Source: Moraxella nasovis | GTDB taxonomy: Bacteria > Pseudomonadota > Gammaproteobacteria > Pseudomonadales > Moraxellaceae | DNA length: 32,000 bases | Direction: 5' to 3' | NCBI RefSeq assembly: GCF_022701215.1 | Contig: NZ_CP089976.1 | Location: 510,001 to 542,000, forward strand | Part shown: positions 16,884-27,577 of the stretch, piece by piece | How positions within the stretch are numbered: the stretch's first letter is position 1 | How the letters are laid out: every line of letters starts with the position of its first letter | Position numbers and translations under genes: made by a program | Notes under the pieces: generated by a model | What the model saw: the letters and a program-made list of their open reading frames with translations, nothing else | Databases searched by the model: none | What the model was told of the DNA's origin: nothing

Positions 16884-18242
16884 TTAACCACGCACCGCTT
16901 TTAACGCATCGATGAGTGACTGCTTAAAGCGTTTAACCACTTCCACGCATTCATCATGGGTAATGGTAATCGGGCATAAAATACGAATAACTGTACCGCC
17001 ACGACCGCCTTTTTCAAGCAATAATTTATTATTAAAACACGCTGTTTGAATGGCAGCAGCAAGCTCACTGTCAGCAGGATATGACCCCATAGAATCAGCC
17101 GCTTTACGCTCGTCCACAATCTCAATGCCATTCATCAAGCCTCGCCCGCGCACATGACCGATGCAGCCAAATTCTGCTTGCAATTTGCTAATCTCGCTAC
17201 GCAAAAACTCGCCTTGAATGTGGGCATTTTCTGCTAAATTGTTGTTTTTAATCTCTTCTAGAACCTTTAAGCCTGCTGCCATGGCAAGCTGATTACCACG
17301 GAATGTGCCTGTGTGTCCTGCTGGCAACCATGCGTCAAATTTTTTGTTAATGGCAAGTACCGCAAGGGGCAAACCACCGCCCACCGCCTTACTCATTACC
17401 ACGACATCTGGGATAATGTCAGCGTGCTGATAAGCGAACATTTTACCAGAGCGAGCAAAGCCTGCTTGCACTTCGTCCAAAATCAAAACGATGTCATGCT
17501 TGGCGGTAACTTCACGAATCTTTTGTAGCCATTTTTTAGGGGCAGGAACGACACCGCCTTCGCCTTGAATGGCTTCTAAAATCACGGCAGCAGGCTTAAC
17601 CACGCCGCTTTCCACATCTTCAATAAAGTTTTCAAAATAATAAGTCAAAGCGTCCACACCCTTGTCGCCACCAAGCCCCAACGGGCAGCGGTATTCGTGT
17701 GGATACGGCATAAACTGCACGCCTGCCATCAGATTGCCGACTTTTTCTTTGGCAGATAAATTACCTGTCATCGCAAGCGAACCATGCGTCATGCCATGAT
17801 AACCACCACTAAAGGCAATCACATTATCACGACCTGTATAAGTCTTAGCAAGTTTTACCGCCGCCTCGGTAGCGTCCGCCCCTGTTGGGCCACAAAACTG
17901 CAACACAAAATCCTTAGGGAAACAGCCAAGCAATGCCTCAGTAAAGGCGTCTTTGACAGGGGTTGTGATGTCAAGGGTGTGTAGTGGCAACCCACTGGCA
18001 AGCACGTCTTGCAAGGCTTCTAGCACCGCAGGATGATTATGTCCTAACGCTAACGTCCCTGCTCCTGCAAGACAGTCTAAATAATCATTACCCTCCACGT
18101 CATAAACGTGCAAGCCTTGGGCTTTGGCAATGGCAAGGGGTAATTTACGTGGGTAACTGCGAACATTAGACTCCATAAGCTCTTGGCGGTCTAGGTAGTA
18201 TTGGTTGGAAGAATGTGTGGGAGTAACAGGCGTAACGCTCAT
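16884..18242 (-). CDS. dat: Diaminobutyrate--2-oxoglutarate aminotransferase (class III PLP aminotransferase)
   Basis: The 452-aa product has an N-terminus ([29 protein letters not shown]) and [17 protein letters not shown] typical of Dat/EctB. The PLP lysine region is [11 protein letters not shown]. ectA and ectC are absent and ddc is present. Confidence 0.9.
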   Translation of the reverse strand: MSVTPVTPTHSSNQYYLDRQELMESNVRSYPRKLPLAIAKAQGLHVYDVEGNDYLDCLAGAGTLALGHNHPAVLEALQDVLASGLPLHTLDITTPVKDAFTEALLGCFPKDFVLQFCGPTGADATEAAVKLAKTYTGRDNVIAFSGGYHGMTHGSLAMTGNLSAKEKVGNLMAGVQFMPYPHEYRCPLGLGGDKGVDALTYYFENFIEDVESGVVKPAAVILEAIQGEGGVVPAPKKWLQKIREVTAKHDIVLILDEVQAGFARSGKMFAYQHADIIPDVVVMSKAVGGGLPLAVLAINKKFDAWLPAGHTGTFRGNQLAMAAGLKVLEEIKNNNLAENAHIQGEFLRSEISKLQAEFGCIGHVRGRGLMNGIEIVDERKAADSMGSYPADSELAAAIQTACFNNKLLLEKGGRGGTVIRILCPITITHDECVEVVKRFKQSLIDALKAVRG

Positions 18243-18565
18243 ATCGGATTACCATCTCAGATAAGGGTTGAAGAAAATTTGCTTAAGGCTATCTTTCTCT
18301 AACATGATTAAAATTAAGCTTTAAAATAAAGCCACAAAACATTAGCCAATAATAATGCCAACTATTTAATATGATACACTTTTTTCAAAAAAAATTAAAG
18401 TTTTTATCTAACTTTTATTCATTGGCTAAAAATCTATGCTATCTGTTGTATTTTTCATAAATCATCGAAGGGTATAATATGCTTAAATTTTAAAAATAAC
18501 ATTCAAAATTCAACAAAAGCTCCTGGTGCTTAATGCCCTAATCTAGCATGCCTTATTTACCAGCA

Positions 18566-18600
18566 TAAAAAACACCGCCAAAAGACGGTGTTTTTTGTTT
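18566..18600 (-). terminator. Rho-independent terminator after acnB
   Basis: ACACCG (18572-18577) pairs with CGGTGT (18586-18591), flanked by an A run on one side and a T run on the other. It starts about 10 nt after the acnB stop. Confidence 0.75.
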
Positions 18601-18610
18601 TTAAAGGCAA

Positions 18611-21244
18611 TTATGACAGCTGTGCGACATCGATTTGATTTGATTTGTCGGTGTAGTCGCTCATTTGGTCAAAATTTAGATAATTATAAATTTCTGCTTC
18701 CATAGATTCAAGCTTACCAGCATACTGCATGTATTCTTCAACTGTTGGCAGTTTACCAAGCACTGAAGCGACTGCTGCAAGCTCCGCTGACGCTAGATAC
18801 ACGTTCGCACCTTGACCTAATCGGTTCGGGAAGTTACGTGTTGATGTAGATACAGCGGTAGATTTTGGGGCGATACGGGCTTGGTTACCCATACATAGTG
18901 AACAACCCGGCATCTCAGTTCTAGCACCCGCTTGGGCAAAAGTATTATAATAACCTTCGTCCATTAGCTGACGCTCATCCATCTTAGTCGGTGGAGCAAT
19001 CCACAGACGAGTGGTTAAGCTGCCTGCAGGTACTTCAGACAGTAATTTACCCGCTGCACGGAAGTGACCAATGTTCGTCATGCAAGAACCGATGAACACT
19101 TCATCAATCTTATCACCTGCCACATCAGATAATAATTTTGCATCATCTGGATCATTTGGGCAGCACAAGATAGGCTCTTTGATGTCGCTTAGATCTATTT
19201 CATAGACTTTAACGTATTCGGCATCAGCGTCCGCCTTAAGTAGGCTCGGGTTATCAAGCCATTTTTGCATATTTTCAGCACGGCGGGCTAGCGTACGAGC
19301 ATCGCCATATCCTTCTGAAATCATCCATTTTAGCATGACAATGTTAGAACGCAGGTATTCAGCAACCTTATCTTCAGCCACCGTGATAGCACAGCCTGCT
19401 GCTGAACGCTCTGCCGATGCGTCAGACAATTCAAAAGCTTGTTCAACAGTTAAAGAGTTTTCCATCTCAGTTAGGTCAATCTCAAGGATACGCCCGCTAA
19501 AGATGTTCTTTTTACCTTTCTTCTCAACAGTTAAGTCGCCTTCTTGGATTGCCACATAAGGGATAGCATGCACCAAATCACGCAAGGTGATGCCTGGCTG
19601 CATTTTGCCCTTAAACTTAACAAGTACAGACTCTGGCATATCAAGTGGCATAACCCCTGTTGCAGCAGCGAATGCCACAAGACCTGAACCTGCTGGGAAT
19701 GAAATACCGATTGGGAAGCGTGTATGACTATCGCCACCTGTACCCACAGTATCAGGCAGTAGCATACGGTTTAGCCATGAGTGAATAATACCATCGCCAG
19801 GACGTAAAGAAACGCCGCCACGATTCATAATAAAATCAGGCAAAGTGTGGTGAGTGTTCACATCGATAGGCTTAGGGTATGCAGCTGTATGACAAAATGA
19901 CTGCATCACTAAATCAGAAGTAAAACCTAAGCATGCTAAGTCTTTAAGCTCATCACGGGTCATAGGACCTGTGGTATCTTGAGAACCCACGGTAGTCATT
20001 TTTGGCTCACAGTAAGTGCCTGGGCGAACGCCTTGACCTTCTGGGAGACCGCATGCACGTCCAACCATCTTTTGGGCAAGCGTAAAGCCTTTGCCTGTGT
20101 CGGCTGGCTGTTCTGGCTTGCGGAATAATGTAGATGGCTCTAGACCTAAAGACTCACGTGCCTTAGTTGTCAGGCTACGACCTACGATTAGGTTGATACG
20201 TCCGCCTGCACGCACTTCATCAAGCAGTACTGGGGTTTTTAGTTTAGATTCGGCGATTTGTTTGCCGTCTTTAAGGGCGGTAACACTAGCAGTGTCATGA
20301 TCGATTTTTAGGGTAACTTCATCACCCATGTTCATTTCAGAAACATCAATCTCGATTGGCAATGCCCCAGCGTCTTCCATGGTGTTAAAGAAAATCGGTG
20401 CAATCTTACCACCTAGACATACGCCACCATCACGCTTATTTGGAATGTATGGAATATCATCACCAAAGAACCATAGCACAGAGTTCGTTGCTGACTTACG
20501 GCTTGAGCCAGTACCGACCACGTCACCCACATAGGCGACAGGGTTGCCTTTAGCGATTAGATCTTTAATTTGGGTTAATGGACCTACTTCGCCATTTTTT
20601 TCTGGATAGATGCCATCACGCTCGTTTTTAAGCATGGCATTAGCGTGTAGTGGAATATCAGGACGACTCCACGCATCTTGGGCAGGTGATAGATCATCTG
20701 TATTTGTTTCGCCAGTTACTTTAAATACGGTGATTTTCATCTCTTCTGGCACATCTGGACGGCTAGTGAACCACTCAGCATCTGCCCAAGATTGTAGTAC
20801 CGACTTAGCATTCTCGTTACCAGCTTTGGCTTTTTCTTCCACGTCGTGGAATGCGTCAAACACAAGCAAGGTTTTTTTAAGTGCCTTGGCAGCTAACTCA
20901 CCAAGTTTATCATCATCTAATAAATCAACCAGCGGTGCGACATTATAACCACCAAGCATTGTACCTAGCAGATACACAGCACGCTCTTTGTCTAACAGTG
21001 GTGACGTCGTCTCACCTTTAGCAATAGCACTTAAAAAGGCAGCTTTCACATAAGCAGCTTGGTCCACGCCTGCTGGTACACGATTTTCAAGTAGGTGGGT
21101 TAAAAATTCTTCTTCGCCCTTTGGTGGGTTTTTTAAAAGTTCAACCAAATCAGCAGTTTGAGCATCGGTCAATGGCTGGGGCGGCACACCAAGTGCTTCA
21201 CGCTCAGCGACGTGTTTGCGATATTCAGTTAGCATATCTGACAT
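18611..21244 (-). CDS. acnB: Aconitate hydratase B / 2-methylisocitrate dehydratase
   Basis: An 877-aa product with AAGGAA SD. It has the AcnB-specific N-terminal HEAT-like domain (MLEEYRKHVAERA-type start). The Fe-S cluster cysteines lie in IGSCMTNIGHFRAA and GCSLCMGNQA. Confidence 0.97.
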   Translation of the reverse strand: MSDMLTEYRKHVAEREALGVPPQPLTDAQTADLVELLKNPPKGEEEFLTHLLENRVPAGVDQAAYVKAAFLSAIAKGETTSPLLDKERAVYLLGTMLGGYNVAPLVDLLDDDKLGELAAKALKKTLLVFDAFHDVEEKAKAGNENAKSVLQSWADAEWFTSRPDVPEEMKITVFKVTGETNTDDLSPAQDAWSRPDIPLHANAMLKNERDGIYPEKNGEVGPLTQIKDLIAKGNPVAYVGDVVGTGSSRKSATNSVLWFFGDDIPYIPNKRDGGVCLGGKIAPIFFNTMEDAGALPIEIDVSEMNMGDEVTLKIDHDTASVTALKDGKQIAESKLKTPVLLDEVRAGGRINLIVGRSLTTKARESLGLEPSTLFRKPEQPADTGKGFTLAQKMVGRACGLPEGQGVRPGTYCEPKMTTVGSQDTTGPMTRDELKDLACLGFTSDLVMQSFCHTAAYPKPIDVNTHHTLPDFIMNRGGVSLRPGDGIIHSWLNRMLLPDTVGTGGDSHTRFPIGISFPAGSGLVAFAAATGVMPLDMPESVLVKFKGKMQPGITLRDLVHAIPYVAIQEGDLTVEKKGKKNIFSGRILEIDLTEMENSLTVEQAFELSDASAERSAAGCAITVAEDKVAEYLRSNIVMLKWMISEGYGDARTLARRAENMQKWLDNPSLLKADADAEYVKVYEIDLSDIKEPILCCPNDPDDAKLLSDVAGDKIDEVFIGSCMTNIGHFRAAGKLLSEVPAGSLTTRLWIAPPTKMDERQLMDEGYYNTFAQAGARTEMPGCSLCMGNQARIAPKSTAVSTSTRNFPNRLGQGANVYLASAELAAVASVLGKLPTVEEYMQYAGKLESMEAEIYNYLNFDQMSDYTDKSNQIDVAQLS

Positions 21245-21397
21245 AACAATTTCCTTGTAATGATGGCTAAAATTAGTCCTAAGTGCCTGATGTATTGATC
21301 ATCACATAAATCAAAAATCAAGTGCCTAGACGGTAAAAATACATTCTCATTATGATAGCCTAAAATGGCGTTAATTTCAAAAGTTTTACTCCCATAA

Positions 21398-21422
21398 CCA
21401 ACATTTTTTTAAAAAATGTTGG
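21398..21422. other. Palindromic hairpin between the TRAP permease gene and the acnB promoter region
   Basis: CCAACA-T7-A6-TGTTGG. It may act as a terminator for the TRAP operon, but no clean T tract follows on the minus strand. Confidence 0.4.
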
Positions 21423-21444
21423 TATTTTCTTGGGTGAATGGGTG

Positions 21445-23442
21445 CTATGCAGTATTGCCACGATAAGCTTTATTTTGTCTAATATTTAGCACAAGTATCA
21501 CCGCCACCACAATGATGCCAAAAAGATCGGTAACAGTTTCTGGGATGATTAAACAAAATGCCCCACACGCTAAGATGATACGCTGCCATAAAGACATAAC
21601 TTTCTTAAAGAATCCTTCGACGGCTGCTGATAGTGCCAAAACACCGATAATAGACGTGGCGGCAACACTAACGATAATATGCCATGCTGGCATCGCAAAT
21701 TCTTTAGCAGTTACTGCAATATCTGCTGTATCAATCATCATCATATTAGGATTGTAGACAAACATAAATGGCACAATAAATCCTGCAAGAGCCAATTTAA
21801 GAGATTGCCAGCCTGTCTTCATTGGATCACCGCCACTAATCCCCGCTCCTGCAAAAGCAGCTAAAGCAACAGGTGGGGTGATGTTTGCAAAAATACCAAA
21901 ATAAAAGACAAACATATGTGCCACAAGCACAGGGATATCAAAATTGGCAAGTGCGGGGGCTGCCATGGTAGCTGTAATGATATATGCTGGAATTGACGGC
22001 AGTCCCATACCGAGTACCATAGAAGCGAGCATTGTTAAAATCAATGTTAATAAGAGCGAGCCTGCACCAAGCGTTACAATAGAAGATGTCATAACCGTGC
22101 CAAAACTTGTAAGATTGACCACACCAATAACGATACCAACGACCGCACAAGCAGCCATCGTAGATAATGACTGTTTTGCTCCATCTTCTAAGGCTGCTAG
22201 AATATCTTTTACGCCCATGCGAGTTTCAGCACGCAGCTGACTGACCAATACTGTTATGCCGATCGTATAAGCAGCCGCATAACCAACAGGCATATTATTA
22301 GCAAGTAAAATCACCAAAAATACGATAGGAAGTAGCATATGACCACGAGCTTTTAACACTTCTTTTACTCGTGGTAAATCTGCTTTGGGTATACCACGCA
22401 AATTATTTTTACCAGCACGAAAATGTACTTGAGCAATCACACCCAAATAGTATAACAACGCTGGAAGTACGGCCGCCATAGCGATTGTACCATAAGCCAC
22501 GCCCGTCGTCTCAGCCATGATGAAAGCTGCCGCTCCCATGATAGGTGGTAAGATTTGCCCACCGACAGAAGCACTGGCTTCCACCGCCCCAGCAAAATTC
22601 TTATCATAGCCAACTTTTTTCATCAAAGGGATAGTAAAAGCACCTGTCCCTACGACATTGGCAACGGCAGCTCCATTAATTGACCCCATAAACCCACTAG
22701 AAATAACAGCAACTTTTGCAGGACCGCCTTGCTTATGACCTGCTAATGCCAATGCCAAGTCATTAAATAGCCGCCCCATCCCTGAGCGAGATAAAAAAGC
22801 CCCAAAAAGGATAAATAGAAATATAAAAGTTACTGATGCACCAATTGCTGTCGAATAAATACCTTCTGTCTTTAGATACAGTTGCCCAAAAATATCTCCC
22901 AAATCATAAGGGCGAGTTAACAATCTATCAGGCATAAAGCCCATATGACTGACAAAAGGATAAGCTAAAAAAACCAATGCAAATACTGGTAAAATCCAAC
23001 CTGTGATGCGTCTTGCACTTTCAAGCACCACAAGCACAGTAATGGCAGAAAATACTATATCCCATTGATTGGGAATACCACCACGCACCGAAACGATATC
23101 CTGATACTCCCAGATCAGATACCCAGCGGTAGATAAAGATAAGATGAGCCACAACCAATCAAACCAAGAAACTAACTTGCGACTTGATCTTTTAGTAGCA
23201 GGATAAATTAAAAATATTAATGCAACACCAACCGCCACGTGAACAGATCTTTGGATTAATTCTGGCAGAGGATTAAAGGTGATATACAAATGAAACACTG
23301 AATAAAAAATAGCAATCAAACCAATAAGATAACGCACCACTTGATTGGATACGGTCCGTGTTACTGATTCACGATCATACTTTTCTAGAATTTCTTGGGT
23401 GTTTGTTAGAGGGTCATTCGGTAAAGGGGTTTGATTGGTCAT
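21445..23442 (-). CDS. TRAP transporter fused permease (4TM/12TM DctQ-DctM fusion, TAXI-associated type)
   Basis: About 665 aa and highly polytopic. I chose the start at 23442 (MTNQTPL...) because it leaves a 26-nt gap after DUF1850; the track start at 23523 would overlap that gene. The gene order of receptor, DUF1850 and permease is typical of TAXI systems. Confidence 0.88.
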   Translation of the reverse strand: MTNQTPLPNDPLTNTQEILEKYDRESVTRTVSNQVVRYLIGLIAIFYSVFHLYITFNPLPELIQRSVHVAVGVALIFLIYPATKRSSRKLVSWFDWLWLILSLSTAGYLIWEYQDIVSVRGGIPNQWDIVFSAITVLVVLESARRITGWILPVFALVFLAYPFVSHMGFMPDRLLTRPYDLGDIFGQLYLKTEGIYSTAIGASVTFIFLFILFGAFLSRSGMGRLFNDLALALAGHKQGGPAKVAVISSGFMGSINGAAVANVVGTGAFTIPLMKKVGYDKNFAGAVEASASVGGQILPPIMGAAAFIMAETTGVAYGTIAMAAVLPALLYYLGVIAQVHFRAGKNNLRGIPKADLPRVKEVLKARGHMLLPIVFLVILLANNMPVGYAAAYTIGITVLVSQLRAETRMGVKDILAALEDGAKQSLSTMAACAVVGIVIGVVNLTSFGTVMTSSIVTLGAGSLLLTLILTMLASMVLGMGLPSIPAYIITATMAAPALANFDIPVLVAHMFVFYFGIFANITPPVALAAFAGAGISGGDPMKTGWQSLKLALAGFIVPFMFVYNPNMMMIDTADIAVTAKEFAMPAWHIIVSVAATSIIGVLALSAAVEGFFKKVMSLWQRIILACGAFCLIIPETVTDLFGIIVVAVILVLNIRQNKAYRGNTA

Positions 23443-23468
23443 AGTTAATTCTTCTAAAGCATAATAAC

Positions 23469-23981
23469 TTAATAAGGATTGTCTGTAAATCTCACACAGC
23501 TTGGAACAGTTATTTTCTCCCAAAATGACAGATTAACAATGGCAATCTGTATCACTGAATAATCAGGCACAATCTGATAAATGGACAACTGTTTTGTGGT
23601 TTGCTCATGGTCAAACAAAACCACGCCTTGCATATTACGAGATACCACCCAGTTAATCTTTGGTAAAATTCTATCAATCCGTTGCCCAATATAACCTGCT
23701 GGAGCTTCTACCACTAAAGGATCGTTGGGAACACCTGCACCGAATGTCTGAACATGGCTTAAATACAAGAATAATTGGTCATTTTGGACTTGATAAAACT
23801 CACGCCAAAATTGTTTCTCCACAGAATGTCGCCATTTAAGAGAGAATTTTTTGGGCAACTGGCATTGAATTTGGGCATCTGCAGCTGATAATAACACCGT
23901 TGAACTGAGCGGGATTTTTAATAAAAAACCGATCACAACCATCGCAAAAACTGCCACCGTTGTGATCGTAAATCTTTTCAT
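23469..23981 (-). CDS. DUF1850 domain protein (TAXI-TRAP accessory, function unknown)
   Basis: A 170-aa product with one N-terminal TM or signal anchor. The conserved core is W+HSVEKxxWxExY...GAG. It sits between the TAXI receptor and the fused permease. Confidence 0.72.
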   Translation of the reverse strand: MKRFTITTVAVFAMVVIGFLLKIPLSSTVLLSAADAQIQCQLPKKFSLKWRHSVEKQFWREFYQVQNDQLFLYLSHVQTFGAGVPNDPLVVEAPAGYIGQRIDRILPKINWVVSRNMQGVVLFDHEQTTKQLSIYQIVPDYSVIQIAIVNLSFWEKITVPSCVRFTDNPY

Positions 23982-23989
23982 GATCGCTA

Positions 23990-24994
23990 TTATTTTGCTG
24001 AGTTTAACTCATCATAATAACGTTTTGCTCCTGCATGAAGTGGTGCAACTAACCCTGTTTGAGCTTTTTGAACATCAATATCGTTTACAGCTTGGTGAGC
24101 ACTTTTTAAGCTTTCTAAATTTTCAAATAGCGTCTTTGTAATCTTATACACATCATCTTCACTTAAGTCACTACGCACAACCAAAGCGTTTAAAATTGCA
24201 GCCGTTGGAATGTCTGCATCATTCTTATAAGTGCCAGCTGGTATATCCATTGGAATAAAAAAAGGCTTGCTCTTAGCAATTTCAGCTAATTTATCAGCAG
24301 AGATTGAAACAAGCTGTAAATCAAAACCCTGCTGCAATTCCATCAAAGATGAGTTTGGCAAGCCACTGGTTAAAAAGGCTGCGTCTAATTTCCCTGATTT
24401 TAGAGCATCAGAAGCCTCAGCATAGCCTAGGTAATCTACTTTAATATCATCATAAGTAATACCAAAACCCTCAAGTAGTGCTCGTGTAGCTCTCTCCACC
24501 CCAGAGCCTTGAGCCCCTACTGCTACACGCTTACCTCTTAAATCTTCAATTGATTTAATGCCTGATGTTCCAGATGCGACAATTTGTACATAGTTTGGAT
24601 ATAAGCTTGCAATCTGAGAGACGTTATCAATCTTAGTAGAAAAACTTCCTTCCCCAGAGATAGCATCACTTAGTGAATCACTCATTACGAACGCCATTTC
24701 TAACTTGCCTTGTGCTAGCAAGTTTAGGTTTTCAACAGAAGCTCCTGTAGTCTGAGTCTTAGCATTGACACCAAAAGTCTTAGCATACAATTCGGTTAAT
24801 GATGTGCCGATGATGTTATATGGACCTGAAGCACCGCCCGTACCAACAGTTAAAAATTTCGTCTCAAGCTGATCTGCTCCGCTTTGAACTTCAGCTGATT
24901 TATGAGCGTTGTCATTACCACCACACGCCACCAAAGATAAGCTTGATAAAGCAATACTCATTCCCAATATGGCTTGTTTCATTGATTGTTTCAT
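23990..24994 (-). CDS. TAXI-family TRAP transporter solute receptor, predicted lipoprotein
   Basis: I chose the start at 24994 (MKQSMKQAILG...), with AAGGA 8 nt upstream. The lipobox is LSLVAC. The TAXI signature region is TVGTGGASGPYNIIG ... YVQIVAS ... RVAVGAQGSG. Confidence 0.88.
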   Translation of the reverse strand: MKQSMKQAILGMSIALSSLSLVACGGNDNAHKSAEVQSGADQLETKFLTVGTGGASGPYNIIGTSLTELYAKTFGVNAKTQTTGASVENLNLLAQGKLEMAFVMSDSLSDAISGEGSFSTKIDNVSQIASLYPNYVQIVASGTSGIKSIEDLRGKRVAVGAQGSGVERATRALLEGFGITYDDIKVDYLGYAEASDALKSGKLDAAFLTSGLPNSSLMELQQGFDLQLVSISADKLAEIAKSKPFFIPMDIPAGTYKNDADIPTAAILNALVVRSDLSEDDVYKITKTLFENLESLKSAHQAVNDIDVQKAQTGLVAPLHAGAKRYYDELNSAK

Positions 24995-25183
24995 AAAGAT
25001 ATCCTTAACATAATAAAAAAGAATAGTAAAACTACCGTAATTTTTAATTTTTTGCAATAGTTAAAAGGTAGTTTTTTTAAAATACAATAAAAAGCCACAA
25101 TGAATAATTACACCCAGACAGTCGCTTTTTTATCAAAATTAGCGTAAAATAACCCCAAATTTTATATCAAATTTGAGAATATC

Positions 25184-26248
25184 ATGACTGTTGAGACCTT
25201 TACACCCGCCGCCCGCCCCGCCCCAAAAAAGGCTATTCAAGGCGAAAAACTGCGTGGCTACGACAAAGTCGCTCGTATTCCCATTAAAGTCATTCCTACG
25301 GTAGATACACCCAAAAAACCTGACTGGATACGGGTCAAATTATCTAGCCCTGCCGAAGTTGAGCGTATCAAATCCACCTTGCGTACCCAAAAGCTCTATA
25401 CCGTCTGCGAAGAAGCCGCTTGCCCAAACCTGCCGCAATGCTTTGCTGATGGCACAGCGACATTTATGATTATGGGCGATATTTGTACTCGCCGTTGTCC
25501 GTTTTGTGATGTGGCACATGGCAGACCCAACCCCCTAGATGTCGATGAACCACGCCACACCGCTGAGACTATTTTGGGACTTGGTCTAAAATACGCTGTG
25601 ATTACGAGCGTAGACAGAGACGACCTAAAAGACGGGGGTGCAGGACACTTTGTGGAAGTGATACAACAGTCTAAAGCCTTAAGCCCAAACTGCTTAATTG
25701 AGATTTTGGTGCCTGATTTTCGGGGGCGTGAACAGCTTGCCTTAGATTTATTGACCGAGACCGCCCCTGATGTGTTTAACCACAATATTGAAACTGTGCC
25801 ACGCTTATATAAGGCATTTCGCCCAGGATCAGATTATCAGCATTCTTTAAATTTACTCAAAGAATACAAAGCTCGCCGTCCAGACATTGCCACCAAATGT
25901 GGATTTATGGTGGGACTTGGTGAGACCGAAGACGAAGTGTACGCCTTACTTGACGACCTAAAAGCCCACGACGTAGATATTATCACCATTGGGCAATATC
26001 TTGCCCCAAGTAAATCACACGCCCCTGTGGATAGATATGTCCACCCTGACGAGTTCGCTCGCTACACCGAATACGGCAAAAAATTGGGCTTTTTTAATAT
26101 TTGGGCAAATCCTATGGTACGCTCAAGCTACTTTGCCGACCGTCAGTATTATGGTGAAGACTGTCCGCCGCCCGTGCGTTCATCAAAAGCCTTAGCAGCT
26201 GAAAGGCTAGAAAAAGCAGAACGTGGCGAAAAAGCAGGTTGTATGTAA
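25184..26248 (+). CDS. lipA: Lipoyl synthase
   Basis: The radical-SAM motif [10 protein letters not shown] and the auxiliary cluster motif [12 protein letters not shown] are both present. The C-terminus carries RSSY. Compared with E. coli LipA it has roughly 25-30 extra residues at each end. Confidence 0.95.
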   Translation: MTVETFTPAARPAPKKAIQGEKLRGYDKVARIPIKVIPTVDTPKKPDWIRVKLSSPAEVERIKSTLRTQKLYTVCEEAACPNLPQCFADGTATFMIMGDICTRRCPFCDVAHGRPNPLDVDEPRHTAETILGLGLKYAVITSVDRDDLKDGGAGHFVEVIQQSKALSPNCLIEILVPDFRGREQLALDLLTETAPDVFNHNIETVPRLYKAFRPGSDYQHSLNLLKEYKARRPDIATKCGFMVGLGETEDEVYALLDDLKAHDVDIITIGQYLAPSKSHAPVDRYVHPDEFARYTEYGKKLGFFNIWANPMVRSSYFADRQYYGEDCPPPVRSSKALAAERLEKAERGEKAGCM

Positions 26249-26261
26249 TCAATCATCAAAT

Positions 26262-26283
26262 AAGGGCGTTAAGTTACGCCCTT
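26262..26283 (+). terminator. GC-rich hairpin after lipA (no T tract)
   Basis: AAGGGCGT (26262-26269) pairs with ACGCCCTT (26276-26283) around a 6-nt loop, 14 nt after the stop. Confidence 0.4.
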
Positions 26284-26422
26284 AGCACGCTAACATCATC
26301 ACTATGACAGACTAAAGTGTCACACACGCTTAGTCACTTAAGTTTTTATAGCAGATATCGATTGATAGTTAGGCGAATACTTATATGTATCATTTTTATA
26401 AATCGACTTAAGACTAACCGCC

Positions 26423-27343
26423 ATGACCCCCATTTTATCTTCTAACCTCACCCACCTACTTCACCACACCTTTTATAAACCCAAAGGCGATATTAAAGCA
26501 GCCTTACTCATCGTGCATGGCATGAGCGAGCATGGTGGACGATATGCCAAATTTGCTCAGTTTTTGGCAGATCATGGGGTTTTTGTGGGCGTATTTGATC
26601 AACTTGGTCATGGTAAAACCGCCAAATCATCTCACGAACTTGGATTTTTTGGTACAGATCACCCTATCCAAACGCTGTGTAAAGACGTCATTATCATGGC
26701 AGATAAACTCAAGGAACTAACACCAAACGTTCCGCAGTTTATCCTAGGAAATTCCATGGGTTCATTCATCGTGCGATTGGTCTTAACTCACCACGCTCAT
26801 CGCTTTCATGGGGCGATACTGATGGGAGCAGGTGATCGCGTCGGTGCACTTGGTGTTATCGCAACACCTGCTCTTACAGTCTTAAATCGTTTTTATCCCA
26901 CACTAAAAAATAAACGACTAGCTTGGCTATTAAACGACTCTTTACTCAGTCAGCTTCGCTCACCAGTCTCATCAAGCCCCTTTGCATGGCTATCTGAGAA
27001 TACTGATAATATTAAAGCTTTTGAGTCTGATCCGCTTTGTGGCTTTGCCTTTACCAATAATGGATTTTTCACGCTAAACGCTCTTGTTAAAAAAGCGTGC
27101 CGTGGTGAATGGCTCACCCAAATCCCTAAAGACTATGCTATCTTACTCATCAGCGGAAAAGATGACCCTGTTGGCAGTATGGGGGCAGATGTGCCACGCC
27201 TGCATGATAAGCTTATCGCCATAGGGGCTGATGTTACCAGTCGCTTGTATGTCAATATGCGACATGAACCATTACAAGAAACCAATCATTGTATGGTGTT
27301 TGGCGATGTCTTAGCATGGCTTATACGCCACACGCACGCCTAA
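26423..27343 (+). CDS. Alpha/beta-fold hydrolase (lysophospholipase / monoacylglycerol-lipase-like)
   Basis: The oxyanion region is HGMSEHGGRY, the nucleophile elbow is GNSMGS, and there is a late Asp (GKDDPV) and a late His (MRHEP). Confidence 0.8.
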   Translation: MTPILSSNLTHLLHHTFYKPKGDIKAALLIVHGMSEHGGRYAKFAQFLADHGVFVGVFDQLGHGKTAKSSHELGFFGTDHPIQTLCKDVIIMADKLKELTPNVPQFILGNSMGSFIVRLVLTHHAHRFHGAILMGAGDRVGALGVIATPALTVLNRFYPTLKNKRLAWLLNDSLLSQLRSPVSSSPFAWLSENTDNIKAFESDPLCGFAFTNNGFFTLNALVKKACRGEWLTQIPKDYAILLISGKDDPVGSMGADVPRLHDKLIAIGADVTSRLYVNMRHEPLQETNHCMVFGDVLAWLIRHTHA

Positions 27344-27577
27344 TCACTAACAATCTTATCAACCATAAGGATTTTATCTTTTACAAAAATGGATTTGGTG
27401 GGAATTTCCCAAACAACTATGATAAAATTAATGGTAAAATTAGGGTGTGTCTGCCATTTTTAATGCAAAATTTTCAAGATATTATCAAATGATTTTAATT
27501 TTGAAAAAAGCATGATACAAAAAGCACACCCTAATTACATTCATCTATTTTTATTATCCAACCTAAAAGGAATCATC

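Noticed and set aside
2937-18242. A functional link between gabD and the dat/ddc genes, for example a diaminopropane or aminobutyrate catabolic module
   Set aside because: The genes are about 10 kb apart, on different strands, separated by unrelated transporters and a pseudogene. No gabT/puuE-type partner is adjacent to gabD. This is pure speculation without support in the sequence.
18611-21244. Several 60-112-aa plus-strand ORFs inside acnB (for example 20610-20948 and 19335-19559). Similar antisense or out-of-frame ORFs occur inside tctA, betT, ddc, dat, lipA, gabD and the TRAP permease.
   Set aside because: All lie wholly within long, well-supported genes on the opposite strand or in another frame. 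They lack SD sequences and have low-complexity Ser/Ala/Arg-rich compositions typical of shadow ORFs.
26310-26335. 6-bp inverted repeat GACTAA/TTAGTC upstream of the alpha/beta hydrolase gene
   Set aside because: It is too short and too AT-rich to distinguish from chance.
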